NCBI GenBank assembly: GCA_012295275.1
Contig: CM022670.1
Span: 39,928,001-39,992,000 of the forward strand
Reading direction: 5' to 3'
Origin: Chrysomallon squamiferum
Lineage: Eukaryota; Animalia; Mollusca
DNA: 64,000 nucleotides
Part shown: positions 1-15,572 of the stretch, one piece after another
Layout of the letters: each line of letters starts with the position of its first letter
Numbering within the stretch: the stretch's first letter is position 1
Position numbers and translations under genes: made by a program
The notes under the pieces: model-generated
The model's input: only the letters and a program-made list of their open reading frames with translations
Told to the model about the DNA's origin: nothing
The model's database searches: none

Positions 1-458
1 CACATGGTTCACATGGACCATAATATCACAGTGCTACAACAGGGATGCTTGTAGATGTATTCTACAGTGTTCTAAACATTGACAGAAAATGACAATATTT
101 TGTAATAAAAAAACAAAAAAATCCTAAATGAAAGGGGCACTTCTCAAATTTGCAGGGTGGTCCAGATACCTTGGACCCCCCCTCTAGATCTACCCCAGAC
201 CTATTATGTTTTATTTTTTATTTAAAAAAAAAAATAATAAAATGCAAAAGATGAAGTAAAATGAAAGGTAGAATACTCCAGTTAGTTATTTCGTATTCAA
301 TGCCACTTGAATACTGTCAACAAAGTCAATGCTATTAGAGTTTTAGTCTATCAGAAAGTATAGATATGTTAAAATTCTTTGCTACATATAAATATGACCA
401 GATATATGAATAACAGTCTTCCTTTTATAAATATTTTCATCAAATACGAGCAACTGAC

Positions 459-1412
459 TTTCTAGTTCTGTCTTCTTTGAAGTGCAGCTCTGTGAGTCCA
501 AACAATGTGTAGCAGGCAAACTGTATCAGAGTTAAATACCAGCCAAACGGTCGGAAACCATCAAGTCTAAATATTAATTCCTAGAAGAAAACAAACAAAA
601 ACTCCTGTGTTTTAATATATAAGCAATGAAAAAAAACAGTCTAGAAATTTATAAAACTTCATTCAGCCAATAGTATGAATGTAACTGCAACTCATGTACA
701 TACATGTTTTATATCAATTCATATTTTTTTGATTAAAATTAAATTTATTTCATCCCAAAAGTTATGTGGCACTGTTTTCTGAAATTTGTAATCTTTCTTT
801 TTAGTGAACTGTCACATTCCAAAGAAAATGGGCTCTGTATAGATTTGCCTCAGTAATAGTTTTTAAGGAAAACCAGTTCCTGAATGATTAAATATCAAAC
901 AAATTACTTTAGAATAATTTTGTATTTATTTATTTTTTTATTTTTAAAATTACCATAGTAAAAGTAACAAAACTCATTCTTTATGTTCATCTTCATAATG
1001 AATGCTTATTTTTTTTAGTTTTTAAAATTAAATCAATTTTTATTTTTTTAATACATTTTTTTTCTATTTACAGTTTATTATACCATGCATATGTTATGTA
1101 ACAACCTAAAATTTATTGTTTTAAACTTACTAAGTCAATAAATTATAATAACATTTCTAAAGAATAAGTTAAAAAATTTAATTTTTAAATTACCTGCATA
1201 TATCCATAAATAAGATAAAAAAAGAAAGTTGCTATGGTGAGTAATATGAACTGTGTTGATCGAGGTATTCTAGACAAATCAAAACCTAACATGAAAATTT
1301 GTTCTTTCTTTTGTGATAGGAAATCACTGGCTGTTTCCATCATAAGTTTGGTGCTGTCTAGAATAAGAGGTGCCTTTGGTCTTCGACCTGATGTTTGTGA
1401 AGGTTTATACAT
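459..1412 (-). CDS. SLC35B3: PAPS transporter 2 (SLC35B3), first two coding exons; gene continues off the left edge
   Basis: Exons 1412-1194 (...STQFILLTIATFFFYLIYGYMQ|gt) and 580-459 (ag|ELIFRLDGFRPFGWYLTLIQFACYTLFGLTELHFKEDRTR|gt) join in frame and match the SLC35B3 FYLIYGYxQELIF...GWYLTLxQF signature. Start codon uncertain (1412 or 1456, see findings). Confidence 0.9.
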
Positions 1413-1878
1413 GATAGTAATGCTTGGTTTTTAATCAAATCATTGTCAAACGACATCTGAAAAAAAAAAAAAAAATAATAATAATATTAAATAATAATAA
1501 ATAATAAAAATAATAAATAAAACAATGAATAAAACAATAATAAATAAATAAATAAATAAATAAATAATCTATAACAAATAAGTACTTTACATTTTAATTT
1601 ATTCTTCTTATTTAATGATTTTATTTATTTATATTTATTTATTATACATCCAACAATAAATAACAATATCGGATATCCCCAATATGTTTTTAAAAATTCT
1701 GTAGTACAATCAGTAGTTCTTTTTACACAAATATGTATTACAATTTATAGGCTTTCGATCTTTTGAATTCTGCCTACTCTTGAAAGTAATATCTTTATCC
1801 GATTCTGTATTATTTTCGATTTGTCATTATTGATCAAAGAAAGCGTTTGTTAATAACAAAACAAATTTATCCACGTAC

Positions 1879-2413
1879 CAAGTCAATAAACAACTTTCTG
1901 CTTTCGTGTTTTGGTGTCGGAACCTATCGGATGGTTTCGACTTTCGCCGGCTGTATTTTCGTATATAAACTTGTACTAGTCTAAATGTCATTGTATGCCC
2001 ATTTTATTTTTCGCTTGTATCTGCATACATTGTTGTTGCTGCTGCAAGATAATAATTTCTGTGAGACACAATAAATATAAGTTATGAAACTATTAATCGT
2101 TATAAAATATAGCCAGACAACCTCTGCTACATACTTAAATTTTTGTTAAAGAATAACAATTATATTGGTATTATATGAAAACCCCCCACAAAAAAACAAT
2201 GATTCTGACATTAAACTTTCACTTTGCAGTTTCTATAATGCATGTGCGGATCCATAGACGGAGATATATATAAATAGAACAATATGAAAGATTATTATAT
2301 ATTTATAATATTTATTTTTTAATTATTATGAACATCCATCGAATGCGAATTAATAAAAGTGGTATACGAGACCTTGTTATAAACGTCAGAGATATATGCT
2401 GCCTTTATTAAAT
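1879..2413. promoter_or_regulatory. Putative bidirectional promoter between SLC35B3 and THOC1
   Basis: Head-to-head genes. A minus-strand donor TG|GTACGT at 1879 suggests a non-coding SLC35B3 exon 1. The region is locally CpG-richer, and a YY1-like AATATGGCTGC overlaps the THOC1 ATG. Confidence 0.55.
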
Positions 2414-5400
2414 ATGGCTGCGCCCAGCGAGTTTGAGTTTTACGAAGCTAGAGAAATATTCAAGGTTTGTTATACGATATTAAATTGAAAACTATTAATT
2501 ACATGTATATTAAACTATATATCAAGAGTAAACCCACTAAATGGAATACACATTTTTACATGTAAAAATATTATAATTGTTTTTAATTTACGTTAACCAT
2601 AAAATGATAAATTATCAAAAATATTTTACAAACTAGAAAAGTTCAAATTGAATCCTGACAGTCATAATATTAATAATCATGATATTATAATCTAAACACA
2701 ATGAAATAATTAATGTATAAGAATAAATTTCCAGAAGAGCATTAAATATACATACATACATATGATAATGATATGATATATCATTTATATGGTGCTTAAT
2801 TGAAAATAATTAAAAAAAAAAAAAAAAAACTGGTTATAATTTAGAAAATAAATCAGAAATGCGAATTAGTCCAATCTATAAAGTATTCATATTAGCTATT
2901 AAGATCACTTAAACCAGTATGAAAAAAAGAATAATTTTTCAAGACTGATGAGTTGTAGAGGCCTTCACATTTTCAAGTATTTTACTAACATTCATGGTTT
3001 TACCAATGAATGTTTAACATTAATTACCATTAATTTGGCTTATGTCATCATTTTATAGATCTCTGATTTCAGGAGATTTTTACTAGACAAACAGTGTGTT
3101 GAACACATACACAAAATTTGATGAACATTCTTAATTTTTTTTTTTACAGGAGGCTGTCCAGAAATGTGTAACAGATGAAAGTACACAAACATGTTTGGCT
3201 TTCATTTCCAAGTATCCTGGAAGGTAAAGTGTACTTTTTACAACTTTGCTTTATCCTTAATTAAATACACATCACACTATTAGTATTATATGCTGAGGAA
3301 TTAAATAATTTGTACTTATGTGTCTGTCTGTTTAAGTGTATCTTGAAGAACTACTAAAATAAATGAATATTAAATTGCATGCATCATGTTACTGTTACTT
3401 GTATAATTATAAGAGACCTATTCACTGTGATTGTTCTGAATAGGATAAGTAAAAATAATATTAAATTTCAACCATAAATTTATTCTTGATTGCTTGAAGT
3501 ATATTAATAGTTGCAGATTTATATCTTAATATTTTTCAGCGATTCAGAAAAAAAATCTACAATGGATCAAGCCCTGAGGGACCTTCTAAAATGGGCAATT
3601 GTAAGATTTTTTTTATATACATATAATTCGTTTAACAATGTTTGACAATACATTTTTAATATCAGTTTACCATTGTTGGCTTTACCACTTAAAGAATAAA
3701 AAGAAAAAAAAACTTATTTTATGTGCCTTGATCATGGTACATAATGGCTATTGAATGTCTAGGTTAGTGCATATTCTTTTTCTTTCTAATATTAAATTAG
3801 ATGTGTAGAATATATATCAGTAATTCACCATTGTTAAAATATTGTAGAACTGGAGGTAATCCCAGAGTATCCAATTTTAATCAAAATAAATTTGAAAACA
3901 TTGGTTTTAGACTGAATATTAGCTGACTAATGAAGCAGCTGTTCTTTATATAGGTGTCAGATAAAGGAATAGAGGGATTCAAAACTTTAATCAATTTTGC
4001 TGTCGAGGCTGCATCAAAAGGTAATTTTAAAGTTATAAGCATTTCTCTGTATTTGTGTGTGTGTGTGTATCTGAATATGATTTAAAGGGTTTTTAAAAAA
4101 ATTCATTTTTTTATTATAGCAAAGGCATTGTTTTTGTTTCGGTAACAAAAACTAAATTTAACTTTATATATTGAAACATTCATTTACAAAACAAGGATGG
4201 ACATATATAAATATAAATATATCTTTATGTAATATAAATTATTGTTCTGTAATTCAGATATATGAAAACCACATCTGAGAAAAAGACTGATCCTATAACA
4301 TGTAATTTTCAGTTTACTGTAAGTTGAATGTAGAAATAAATCCACATTGTCATGGAAACAGAATATATATAAAAAATAGATAGTTCAGAAATTCTGTTAT
4401 GAATTTTTTCGCAGATGCTGCTTCGCCATCAACACCATTTCTGATGATGTCTGACATCTTTGACATGATGACTCTGCAAGTGTGCGAAGACATATTCAGT
4501 CTTGTCGAAGACCGAGTAGCAACATGGAAAAGTGTTGGTTGTTTTAAATCTTCAGAGATTTAATCTTACTATTACCACAAGAATCTCATTTTTCAGATCA
4601 TTGAAATATCTTCAAAAATAAGAGATTGATATCTTGAAAAAAATCAACGAAATTATTTTTTGGGGGAGAGTTAGGAGGTTTTTTAAATATGATTTTGTAA
4701 TTAATATTATTAATTTTATTATTATTATCATCATTAATTTTTTTTAATTTTTAACTTTTTGTTTTAATTATTATTATTATTATTATTTTTTACAGCCTAC
4801 ATTTTATGATGCTGGCAAGAACTACCTCCTTAGGATGTGTAATGGTAAGATAAACTGAAGATTTAAATTCTTTATTGTTTTAAGTCTCACCAGAACTGGT
4901 ATTACTACAGTATTAGACCCAACTATTTCAGGTTAATATAACAGCATTGAGGTTTTGTAGTCAATTTCAGAAGTTTATCAATTTATGACAAATGTTATTC
5001 ACGTTTATACATAATTCGACAAGTCCAAATAACTTTAATATTTTCTCTAAACCCATTTTTTAAATGATTTTTACAGATCTCATAAGAAGACTATCAAAAT
5101 CACAGAATACAGTTTTTTGTGGAAGAATCCAGTTATTCCTGTCTCGACTCTTTCCACTGTCAGAGAAATCAGGTATTGATACGATTTTATTTTCTCGTTA
5201 TTTCTGTTGAATTTAAAATTAATTTAAAATTTTTGAAAAAGCTACACCTGTGTAAAGGAAAACACTTTGTTTACAGTTCAATGTCATCTGTCTCCTTCAC
5301 TTCAAATTTTATTATTTTCTGATTCAAGACAGTGCTCTGTAATATAAAGAATATTTTTATTTTGTAATAATAATTTTAAAAAAAAATGATTAAAAATAAA

Positions 5401-8400
5401 TTTCTGAGATCCAGTAGCTAATGGCAATAATTAAATTGTACAAATATTATTAAACAAAATTTTTTTTGTTGTAATTCTGTTTTTTTTGTATTTTAATATG
5501 CTTCTTAAAATAATTCTTGTTTTGTTTTGGTTATGTGATTTTTTGAGATAAATTGTTTTTACTTCATTTTTATAATTCTTTAGCAGAAAATTATTTAAAT
5601 TAACAGCCAAAATTATTTACCTTTTTTTTTTAAAATTTATGTTTTAATTTTTAAAGTTATAAAATTTTATTTTTATTTTTATTTTTATTTTTATTTTTAT
5701 TTTTATTTAAAGCTTTGAATCTGATGAGTCAGTTTAATCTGGACAATGTGACTATTTACAACACAAAACCAGAAGACACAAGACATGTTAAAGTGAGTTT
5801 TAGTTCAGATATTTTCTTGTCAAAATACTTTAATTAAATCTAACTCTGCAAAAAAATAAAATAACAGAGATACCATATGATATTTTATCCATTATTAATT
5901 GATATAAAAAAAATCATATTTTTAAAATTAAATTATTCACCATCCTTGCAAAGATCATTGGATAAATAACAAAAATAAGTTAATAAACAAACCAAAGGCT
6001 TTTGTTAAAAAGAAAGAAATTAAAGTTACAGTTCAGTGTTTAAAATAAAAGCTGTTCTATTTGCCATTGATAATAACACATATTAAAATATAGAGATACT
6101 TTATCAGCTATAGATACTATCAAATAAAATAAAAGTAAATTTTCTGTTCTGTGTTTTAGCTTGAAGGTTCTAAAGAAGAGAGTATGGAGTTGGAAGAAGC
6201 TGAAATAGACGAATCTTCAAAGTATGCATCAGATTTTAATTTGTTAGTTGTATGCATGTTTGATTTACCTTGACATTAGAGAATTTTATCAGCATCTCTC
6301 AAAATCCTTAATTTGTTGCATATTGCATATTCTCATAAGAATAACACAAACATATAATAAGGCCTTGGAACTTCTGCTTGTTATTTTATTCCATTAAACA
6401 ATAGCAAAATATTGTAAAAATTATTCTTGACTGCTGTTTACTTTTATCTTACAGTTATTCATGCACAGAAACTCTTTCATATATTTGTGTCCTTAATCTG
6501 TAGTGCAGTTTCTAAACAACTTTTATTATTATTCAGTCATGTTTACATAGCAGCATTTCCTTACTAAGTATGTTTAATGTAAAAGTAATAACCTAAAAGA
6601 TGAGACGACATGACATAAACATTTTAAAATGAGTATCTCTTTGAATATTGTTTAAAATAATGAATAGACCAAAGTCACTAAACCGAACATTTTGAAACTG
6701 GAGAAATAACTTGCGACTAGATATTAATAAAATGAATTGGAAAAAAACGGGTCTGTAGTAATGTTTTGAATGGTGCTGTGAGTGATATTTATTTGTAAGC
6801 AGGTTTTGATGTTGTTTCAGCTCGGTTCCTATTGACTACGCCCTCTACAGGAGATTTTGGTCTTTACAGGATTATTTCCGACGTCCCACTCAGTGTTATG
6901 AAAAAGTTCCATGGAAACATTTTGTTTTGGTAACTGTTCACTTACAACTTGTTACATTCTTCAAAACTGGTCAGAAGATTAGCTATATTTTTAAATAATA
7001 ATAATAATAATAATCATTTAGATAGTGTTTCATTATCAGGAATGAAGGTAAAATAAACTAATGTCTATTTTTAATTTTTATTTAAGGAAAATGAAAAAGA
7101 AGGAATATATTTTGTATTTTGTATTTAAATGTAGATTATTATTTGTTATTTTAAATTTTTGAATTTAATTTTTTTCAGAATGCTGATGAAGTGTTGTCAG
7201 CATTTGACAGCTACAAACTGGATGATCTCAAGTCACAAAGGAAGATGCTTGATAAACCAAGACAATCAGACACACAGACATTCTTTGCAAAATACCTGAC
7301 CAGCAAAAAAGTGAGTACAATAATTTTTATAACCATTATGATGATGATAATAATTTCAATATATTACCAAATTTTGACATACTTTTTGACTCTATGTATA
7401 TATTAATATTTTCATAATAATAAACATATGCCATTCCTTAAAATATATATATATATATATATATATGTACATATATATATATACATATGTATATATTTTA
7501 GTATTGATTTTTCTTAGATCTTTTTTTTTTTTTTGATTTTTGATTTTTATGTTTATTTGTATATCTCTGAACACCCCAGCTCATAATGTAATTATGTTTT
7601 TTTCTTTCATTTCAGCTTCTGAATCTTCAGCTCAGTGACAGTAATTTCAGAAGATATGTCCTGGTTCAGTTCCTAATCTTGTTTCAGTATTTAAACTCTC
7701 AAGTCAAATTCAAAAGGTAAATCAGTACAAAAATTCCCACAAATTCAAATAACTGAACAATGAAAATTCTTTTTGATCTTCTGTGGATAAAATAAAATAT
7801 GGTTATTTTCTTTGGCAGTGACACATCATTATTATACAGAAAAAAAAATCAAATATGTAGCTTATATTATGAGTACATGATGAGGGATGGAATAAGAATT
7901 ATGTATAGAAATATATTCTTTATATCTTGTATAATAGCTGCTGGTGATATTTGTGTTTTGTAGTTAATATAAGTGGAATGAATGGAAGTATTAAAAGATT
8001 CATTAATAAGAAGTTTTTTAAGAAAGATTGAAGGAATCTTAAAATGGAAATATTTAACAAGGATGATTTTTGTCCTGTTTGGTCATGCTGCAAAAACTAA
8101 TACATACACAGTAACTGTTTCGAAGATAACAAGTAACAAAAATAACATCCTTTATTTTCTTTTTTAATCTTTTTTTTTTTTGTGTATGTGATTCTATTTC
8201 TGATCTGACTTACAGACATTCTGTATTAGTAATCTTTAATTTAAATTTATCATTTATTTATTTATTTATTTATTTGTTTGTTTATTTATTTCTGAATAGT
8301 GCCAGTATGACACTAACTGATGAACAGAGTAACTGGTTGAAGAACTCAGAAGAAAAAGTTTATCAGTTGATCAGAGAAACTCCACCTGATGGAAATCAGT

Positions 8401-9089
8401 TCGCTAAGACTATCGAGGTATCTCGCAGAAACGTTCAGTTTGTGTATATTTTTGTAATCACTGCAGAAACTTTCAGTTACTTTCTAATTTTATTTGAAGT
8501 GAGAATATCTGTTTATTTGATGCTCCTTATCAGTTCTCTTTGGCTTACATTAAAAAAAGTTAAAAAAAGTAAAAAAGAATTTGGCACTTCAGAATGTCTG
8601 TGTAAAGCTCAAGCAGAGTTGGTGTTTATTCTTTATTTAGATTTTTCAAATAAACTCAGTGATATAACAAAAGTAAATGTATCTGAAATGTTACTGTTTT
8701 GTATTTATAAAAACTTCTGTTGCAGCACATCCTTCAAAGAGAAGAGAACTGGAACAGCTGGAAAAACGAGGGCTGTCAGAGTTACGAGAAACCACCACTG
8801 AAAGAATCCACCAAACCCAAAACCAAGTAGGATGTCCTCTCACAATTCTAATTATTAAACTCACCTATCAGAACCTTTCTCACAGTGCTACGTCTTCAAT
8901 GCATCCATTACATTTTCTTTAAAAACCCAGTGATAACTGCATTTTGATAGTGAAAACAGTTTTTGATTGCAAAATAAATGTAACAAAGTAAAATTTGATG
9001 GATGTTATTTTTAAATGTAAACGATACAATTACATCTAATAAGTATATGTGTTTATAGCATCAGTACATATACATTTATATATGCAGAA

Positions 9090-9145
<56 letters not shown>

Positions 9146-12100
9146 CCATGTTTTTTTTTAAATTAAACTTTCAGTTTCACTTTCATTCTGTCAAATACCT
9201 TTAAGGAGAAAAACAAATATGACTGCAATATTTTATATTATTGTTTATTTTTCAGATCTGTCTTGTTTAATTTATTTTGCACACTGAACGTGTTTACTTT
9301 ATGAATTTGGTTTACTTGTATCCTGTTATTGGCATATTCATTTATTTCTTTGCAGATCTATTTAAATTTTATCTTTGTTTAACATTTTTACTTACTTATT
9401 TTTTTACAGGTCTATTTAAGTTTTATCTTTTAATTAACATTTTTACTAATTTATTTTTTTTACAGATCTATTTAAGTTTTATCTTTGTTTAACATTTTTA
9501 CTAACTTTTGTAGAGCCAAGCGTCGAAGAATAGGTGATGATCTGCAGGCCAGTGGTGGGAAGATTATTAAAATGGGAAGTAATGAGTTAACTCGACTCTG
9601 GAACCTTAATCCTGACAACATTGATTCCTGCAAGTCTGATAAAAGGTTTGTGTGAAACGTTATTTCCATTTTTTTTGGTTCTATTTGCTACTTTATTAAT
9701 ATAATATTATTATAATATATAATACTGTGTTGAAATGTAATAATCCGAGATTTTGTGTTTTAATGTGATAACAACATCCCAGAGACTACAATTTTTGTAT
9801 TTTCCTACAGTATAAGAAATGTATTAACACCTGAGAATTGTTACTTTTAAAAAAATAATGTGTTGACATATGGTTTAAAATTCTTTTATGGATGAAGTTT
9901 ATTTATCTTTTACAATTTTGTTTCTCGTCAGAATATTTCTGCCAGGTTTGGAGGATTATTTTGGAGAAGCAATAGAGCAGTTGGACCCTGAAGCTCAGGT
10001 TGAAGACCAGTACAAGTAAGTGACATTCTTAACTATAAAAACAAACTAAACACTTCTGAGTGATTCCATTATTGTGTTTCTGTGCTTAAATTAGTACATG
10101 TAATCATGTCTGTTATGTTGTAGAAGTGTTGTTTGAACTTCTTCTAGACCTTTATTGTTTATTTTAAAAATCAGTCTGAGTTGTAAAGAACTGGCATTAT
10201 TTTTTTCATTTTTATATATATGTATTTCAATATTAGTTAAAAAAAGATACATAAAGCTTTTGTTTTCTTTATCTTTCGCCTTTTGTTGTTGTTGCCTCTG
10301 TTATTACTATTAACAGTTATTATTATTATAACAGATACTTCCATTATAACAGTTATTACCATTATTATTATCACCACCACTATATTTAATAGTTGTTATT
10401 ACTGTTAATATTACTAGTGTTGTTACTGTTACTGATAATATCAGTTTTACTATTATTGTTGTTATTACTGATAGTATTAATATTACTATTGTTACTGTTA
10501 TTATTGACATTATTAATATTTTGTTAAAAACTACAAATGTTATTTTTCAGACTGATAAATGACAGAGCGTTTCAGTGGAAGTCTTTGCGACTTCTGGCTC
10601 GTAAAAGTCCACATTTCTTCACTCACAGCACTTCTCCAAGTCTGCCATTGCCAAAATATCTGGAAAACATTCTCTCCAAGCTGGCTAAAGAATTACCAGT
10701 TTGTATTGTTTTTTTAAAAAAATGTTATTATTTCACGTTTTATTTTGTTTTGTTTTGTTTTATTACATGATTTTCTTTATTTCTATATTTTATTTTTTAT
10801 TTTTTTTTTTTTCTATATTTTATTTTTAATTTTTTTTTTTTTTTTTCAGTTGCGACTGTTTTATTTTTGTATGTTACGATTTTATTTCACTTTTAAACTA
10901 GAAATTAAAAAATACTCAATCAAATATAATTTTTAAATAATATTAATGTGTGGCATTTTCAGATTATTATTAAAAAAAAAAGGTAAATAATTCTTTACAT
11001 GATGCAGAAAAAAATATTTTTATAAAAATACACAAAAATATAATAATATATTAAATATGTTATTAATAATACAATATTTACTAAAAAAAATTAAATCCAT
11101 TTATTATTGTTGTTGCTGCTGTTTTTATAATTATTCTGATTTTGTGTATATTATTGTTCTTATTTATTATTATTATTTTCCTGTTTTGTTATTTGTTTAA
11201 TACTGTTGTGTGTTTGTTGCTGGTCATGTTTTATTATCATCTTCAGAATCAAAATGCATCGGAGGAAATGAAGACTGAAGTGGAGGAAGAAGACCCAATG
11301 AAAGAAGCACAAGAAGAGGAGGAATTAAAGAATCCAGAAGAACAAAGTACAGAAAAAAAAATTAAATTTAGATTATTTAAAAATTACCGCAAATAACAAA
11401 TAAGCAAACTGTATTTAATATCACAAAATATTCCAGCAAAAATCTGAGAAATAGAACTTAAGAATTAATATCAAATAAAATGTGGTACGTGTGTTTGTGT
11501 GTGTGTGTGTGTGTGTGTTTGAACATTTCTAAAGTTATTTTTAAATTAATTCTTAAACATTTTATTTATTCTTAAGACCTATCTTTACAAATAATAATAT
11601 AATGCCAGCAGTATTACAAATACAATGTGATTATTAAACATGATTTTCTTTTCATCTTCTTTACTTCTGATATCTTTTTAACATAACATATCTGAAACCT
11701 TTTTGATGGCTGTATTGTTTTGAGGTATTTCCCATAATGCATTTTGTTATACGTTTAAACTCTTTTATGACAGTCACTTCCATCTCATCCCATGAATGAT
11801 TGTGTTGAATTTAGTTATTTGTTTCTTTCATTAGTTATTGATTTAACAAACCCTCTGTTTTTGTTTTTTTTTTCATCATCATTTTTCTACATTATCGTGG
11901 CCTATTTAACTTTCTAAGCTGATTATGAAACAAGTGAAAAATAAAAAAGAGATATATCAGTGATATTTCATTTGCAGACAACAAGGATGATTCTCCTGAA
12001 GATTTCCTGTCTGATGACCAGAAACTGGCTGTAGCAGAAAAACTCGGAGATGACTGGAAAAAACTGGCCATGGAACTGAATTTCCCCGAGGATGAGATTT

Positions 12101-12854
12101 CTTATCTGGAGAGTTCTGAGGACCAGCCTACCATTCCAGGTGTCAGAATGCTGACACTGTGGCAGGTAAGTGGAATCAAAATACTGTAGAATGTTTAATA
12201 AAAGTGTGGTCCATCTTTGGATGTTACAAGTAAGAATCTGTTGGTAGTACTTTAATATGTATGGTAGTTTGTATTGAGTTTTATAGTATTTAAAAAAGAG
12301 TTATTTAATTCAGCTTCAGAACTTTTATCAAAAGAGATGACTACTAAAAAAATTTTGTTTAAAATCAAAGTAAAACTAAATTTGTATTTTCTTTTGCTAT
12401 AAGTTTAGTACGAGAAATAAAAACTTTTAAAAGTAATAAAATTTTAAAAAAAAAGACATTTTTAAAACTGAAAGAAAATATTTATCTAATCTACTGATCC
12501 TTTTTATTGTTAGTTATTTATTTGTAATAACCTCTTGAAAGAACTGAATACACATGTCACAAAGTTTCCAACATTTTGTATTTTAACTATAAATTTTTCA
12601 GGAATGAATATCAAAAGATTTTTTTTTTTTTTTTTTTTTTTTAAACATTGTATTATTAAAAGATAATTTGCATTAATAAGTTTTGGAACCATTACTTTTA
12701 ACTTCACTTTCACTATATTTATATATATAAAAAAATAATTTTGTTTTAGGAAAACGATACAGAGCATGCTACTGTTGGATCACTGTTAATAGCACTGAAG
12801 GAAATTGGACACGAAGATATCGCAATTGACCTGTTCGGTGAAAACAAGAGTTAA
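2414..12854 (+). CDS. THOC1: THO complex subunit 1, 20 coding exons with C-terminal death domain
   Basis: Approximate GT-AG exons: 2414-2464, 3150-3223, 3540-3600, 3954-4021, 4415-4532, 4796-4844, 5077-5173, 5713-5792, 6160-6221, 6821-6929, 7179-7310, 7616-7716, 8300-8417, 8726-8825, 9514-9645, 9931-10015, 10551-10698, 11247-11347, 11978-12165, 12750-12854. Diagnostic peptides: [107 protein letters not shown]. Confidence 0.96.
9350..9513 (+). repeat. Degenerate ~56-bp tandem repeat (about 3 copies) ending at a THOC1 splice acceptor
   Basis: Unit approx. cagatctatttaagttttatctttgtttaacatttttactaa(c/t)ttattttttttta, repeated up to the real acceptor ttttgtag at 9513. Confidence 0.75.
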
Positions 12855-13670
12855 CTTTTGTTTATTCTGTTAATCACAGTTTTAATTTCATTATGATGAT
12901 GTAGTCAGATGAAATAACTTACCTCAGTGTACATATCATTAAAAGAATTCAAGTTCACATTTGTAAAACGAGTTTGTCAAATAAATTTCTTAATTTGTTT
13001 CTCGTTTTGTCTTATTTCATTTTATTTTCACATAGATATACTTACAGTATGCTGAAAACACTTAAAATTTATTTTCTTTTGTGTCATTTTTTTATTTATT
13101 TATTATCATTTTATATCAAAATATATTCTGTTTTTTTTTACATCAAACGTTCGGTAAGTGTTTTTAATCAGTGCAGTAATAAATGGATAATATATAAAAG
13201 GATTAAAAAAACAAAACTGGTTATAACATAAATTCCTGACACAATGAAAACAATTCGGCCTAAAATGAAACCATTTCTGGAATTGTATGCACTTTGAAAT
13301 GGGTTAAATTTTGAAATGACACAGTGAATATAAGCTGAAAATAAAAACGAAAATATTGTTTCATCTGTAATAATGTAAAGTTGCATTCCTTTTAAAATCT
13401 TCATCCAGTTTGTATTGGTACCTTCAGCATATTTATATTTTGCTGAAAAAAAAAGAGGAAAAAAATGTGGAAATTGTATGTGCATACATAAACGTACATC
13501 ATAATACTGAAACTATTAATTTTGGTTGATAGAATAAGTCATATAAACTGTTGGTAATGAAATTATCTTGTATACCAGACTTGTATAATGCATAAAAAAA
13601 ACCCAAAACATGGAATATACTACATCGAAATTTTAATAATAAATAAATAATAAAAGTTCTGGACAAAGGA

Positions 13671-13701
<31 letters not shown>

Positions 13702-14162
13702 TACATACATACATACACTCACACGTACATTTATGTACATGTACAAACCTGCATCCATATACATACATACACATACAAAATCACATACATGCATAATTAC
13801 AGAAATTACAGAAACACAAACACTTTAAATCAAAAACACACTGCACAGAGGTACAGAAAATATGCCAAAACTCGCTTATACACAGTACATACACTAATAC
13901 CTACAGACACATAGTGCACACACACTCAAACGGAAACAAAACTGCACGTACATAGCGACACAAAGAAGGGGCAAGCTAATGGGTTTGGTTACACGATGTG
14001 TTTTTGTCATGATTTGTCACCTGGGTAAAAAAAAAATCATTAAAAACATGATTTTATGAGTCACGATTTTTTTTATTCCGACATTGTTATTCATGGGTGG
14101 CATATCGAACTAAAATGTATATTTGCTGCACGATCTGTCAACCCTTGTTTGCCGGTATAATT

Positions 14163-14398
14163 CACAGCCGTAACTAGACTCTTTTTGAAATGAGGCGAAA
14201 AACAACAACTCAATCGCCTAGCGGAGCGGTGCAAAAAAATTTCCACGAGAGGTTCATTCTTGAAAGAGAAAAAATCTCGATACTAGCTATTTACATTTTA
14301 TATTTTTTAAATAAAATCTTTGTTAAAAAAAAAAAAAAAAAACCTCAGTTTCGGTGTGAGGCATTTGGCTCATTTGCCTCAATGAAGTTTCGGCCATT
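14163..14398. mobile_element. Non-autonomous DNA transposon (MITE), degenerate copy
   Basis: Imperfect TIRs cacagccgtaac ... gtttcggccatt, flanked by 5-bp direct repeat TAATT on both sides. Left arm matches the reverse complement of 31150-31219. Confidence 0.8.
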
Positions 14399-15536
14399 TA
14401 ATTTTCCCTTCTCTCTCCTCTTTCTAGATCGATACTTGCAAATTTTCGAGTTGAAAAAATGAATTTGATAAATTAGGACATTTATAAAATTTATTTTGAT
14501 GCAGTCAAAATATAAACGAATTCGGTTATTATCGTTATTTAAAACGTTTCAGACCTTAACATTTTTATCTTTTTTCACCTTTTCTTTTCTTTTTTAACTT
14601 CCCATTCTATGTTCTTCACACATTCTTGTGTGTCTGAGATGATATTTTATAAAGGTAAAGTGTTAATGATGACGATAATGATACAATACACTTTTCTAAT
14701 TCATTTTATTTTGAAAATAAGAGACGGAGTTTGATTCGTGCTGCCATCTCGCTACCTGATAATTGTTTAACTGCTGAACTTTCGACCACTGACATTCTGT
14801 AACTACCAAATGGAAAAAATCGGGTTTTATGAACATTCAGCCTGAATCATTTACCTTTATATGTGTGTTACGTGACCAGAGCCCAATACAAACGTCACAA
14901 CAGCACTTTTAACGGGTAATTAAAGGATCTGCGTCTATGACAACGGGAACACAATTCAATAAATGGAATCTTGCGTGATTTATCTTCGCCGAGTGAGTGC
15001 AACCAGCCACACACTACAGAAATGGTTCATTATTAATTTAATTTTTCGTGACATGTTAAAATGGATTGGGCGGACAAACAAAAACAAATGACGAAGCAAA
15101 TTACAGATGCAACAAACATCTCTTTGAAACATCTGAGATTTTCTTCTTAATAATAATAATAAAAAAAAAAAAAAAAAGTCCAACACCGAGTTATTTGAAA
15201 AAATCATAAAAGACCAATTACACAGAACATTTTAATAAATATTACAAACCCGAAAAAGCTCATTTTATTACTACGAATTTAACGACGTTATTTAGAACGC
15301 GTGTTTGGCTATTTTCCAATCCAACCAGTGTCCCACGACTTGTTTTTCAAAGCTCTTGGTATGTGTAGAATATCCCTTAACGCAGGTGGTTTAATAATTG
15401 TCCGTGAATCCAGTTGATGCTATTATTAAACACGAAGTCTGATAACTAACACCAGTTAAAGAAACATATGCTGAATCTTATTAATATTAATTAAGTCATT
15501 AAACATATGTGGGATAGTCCTCAAAAAATTCTATTG

Positions 15537-15572
<36 letters not shown>

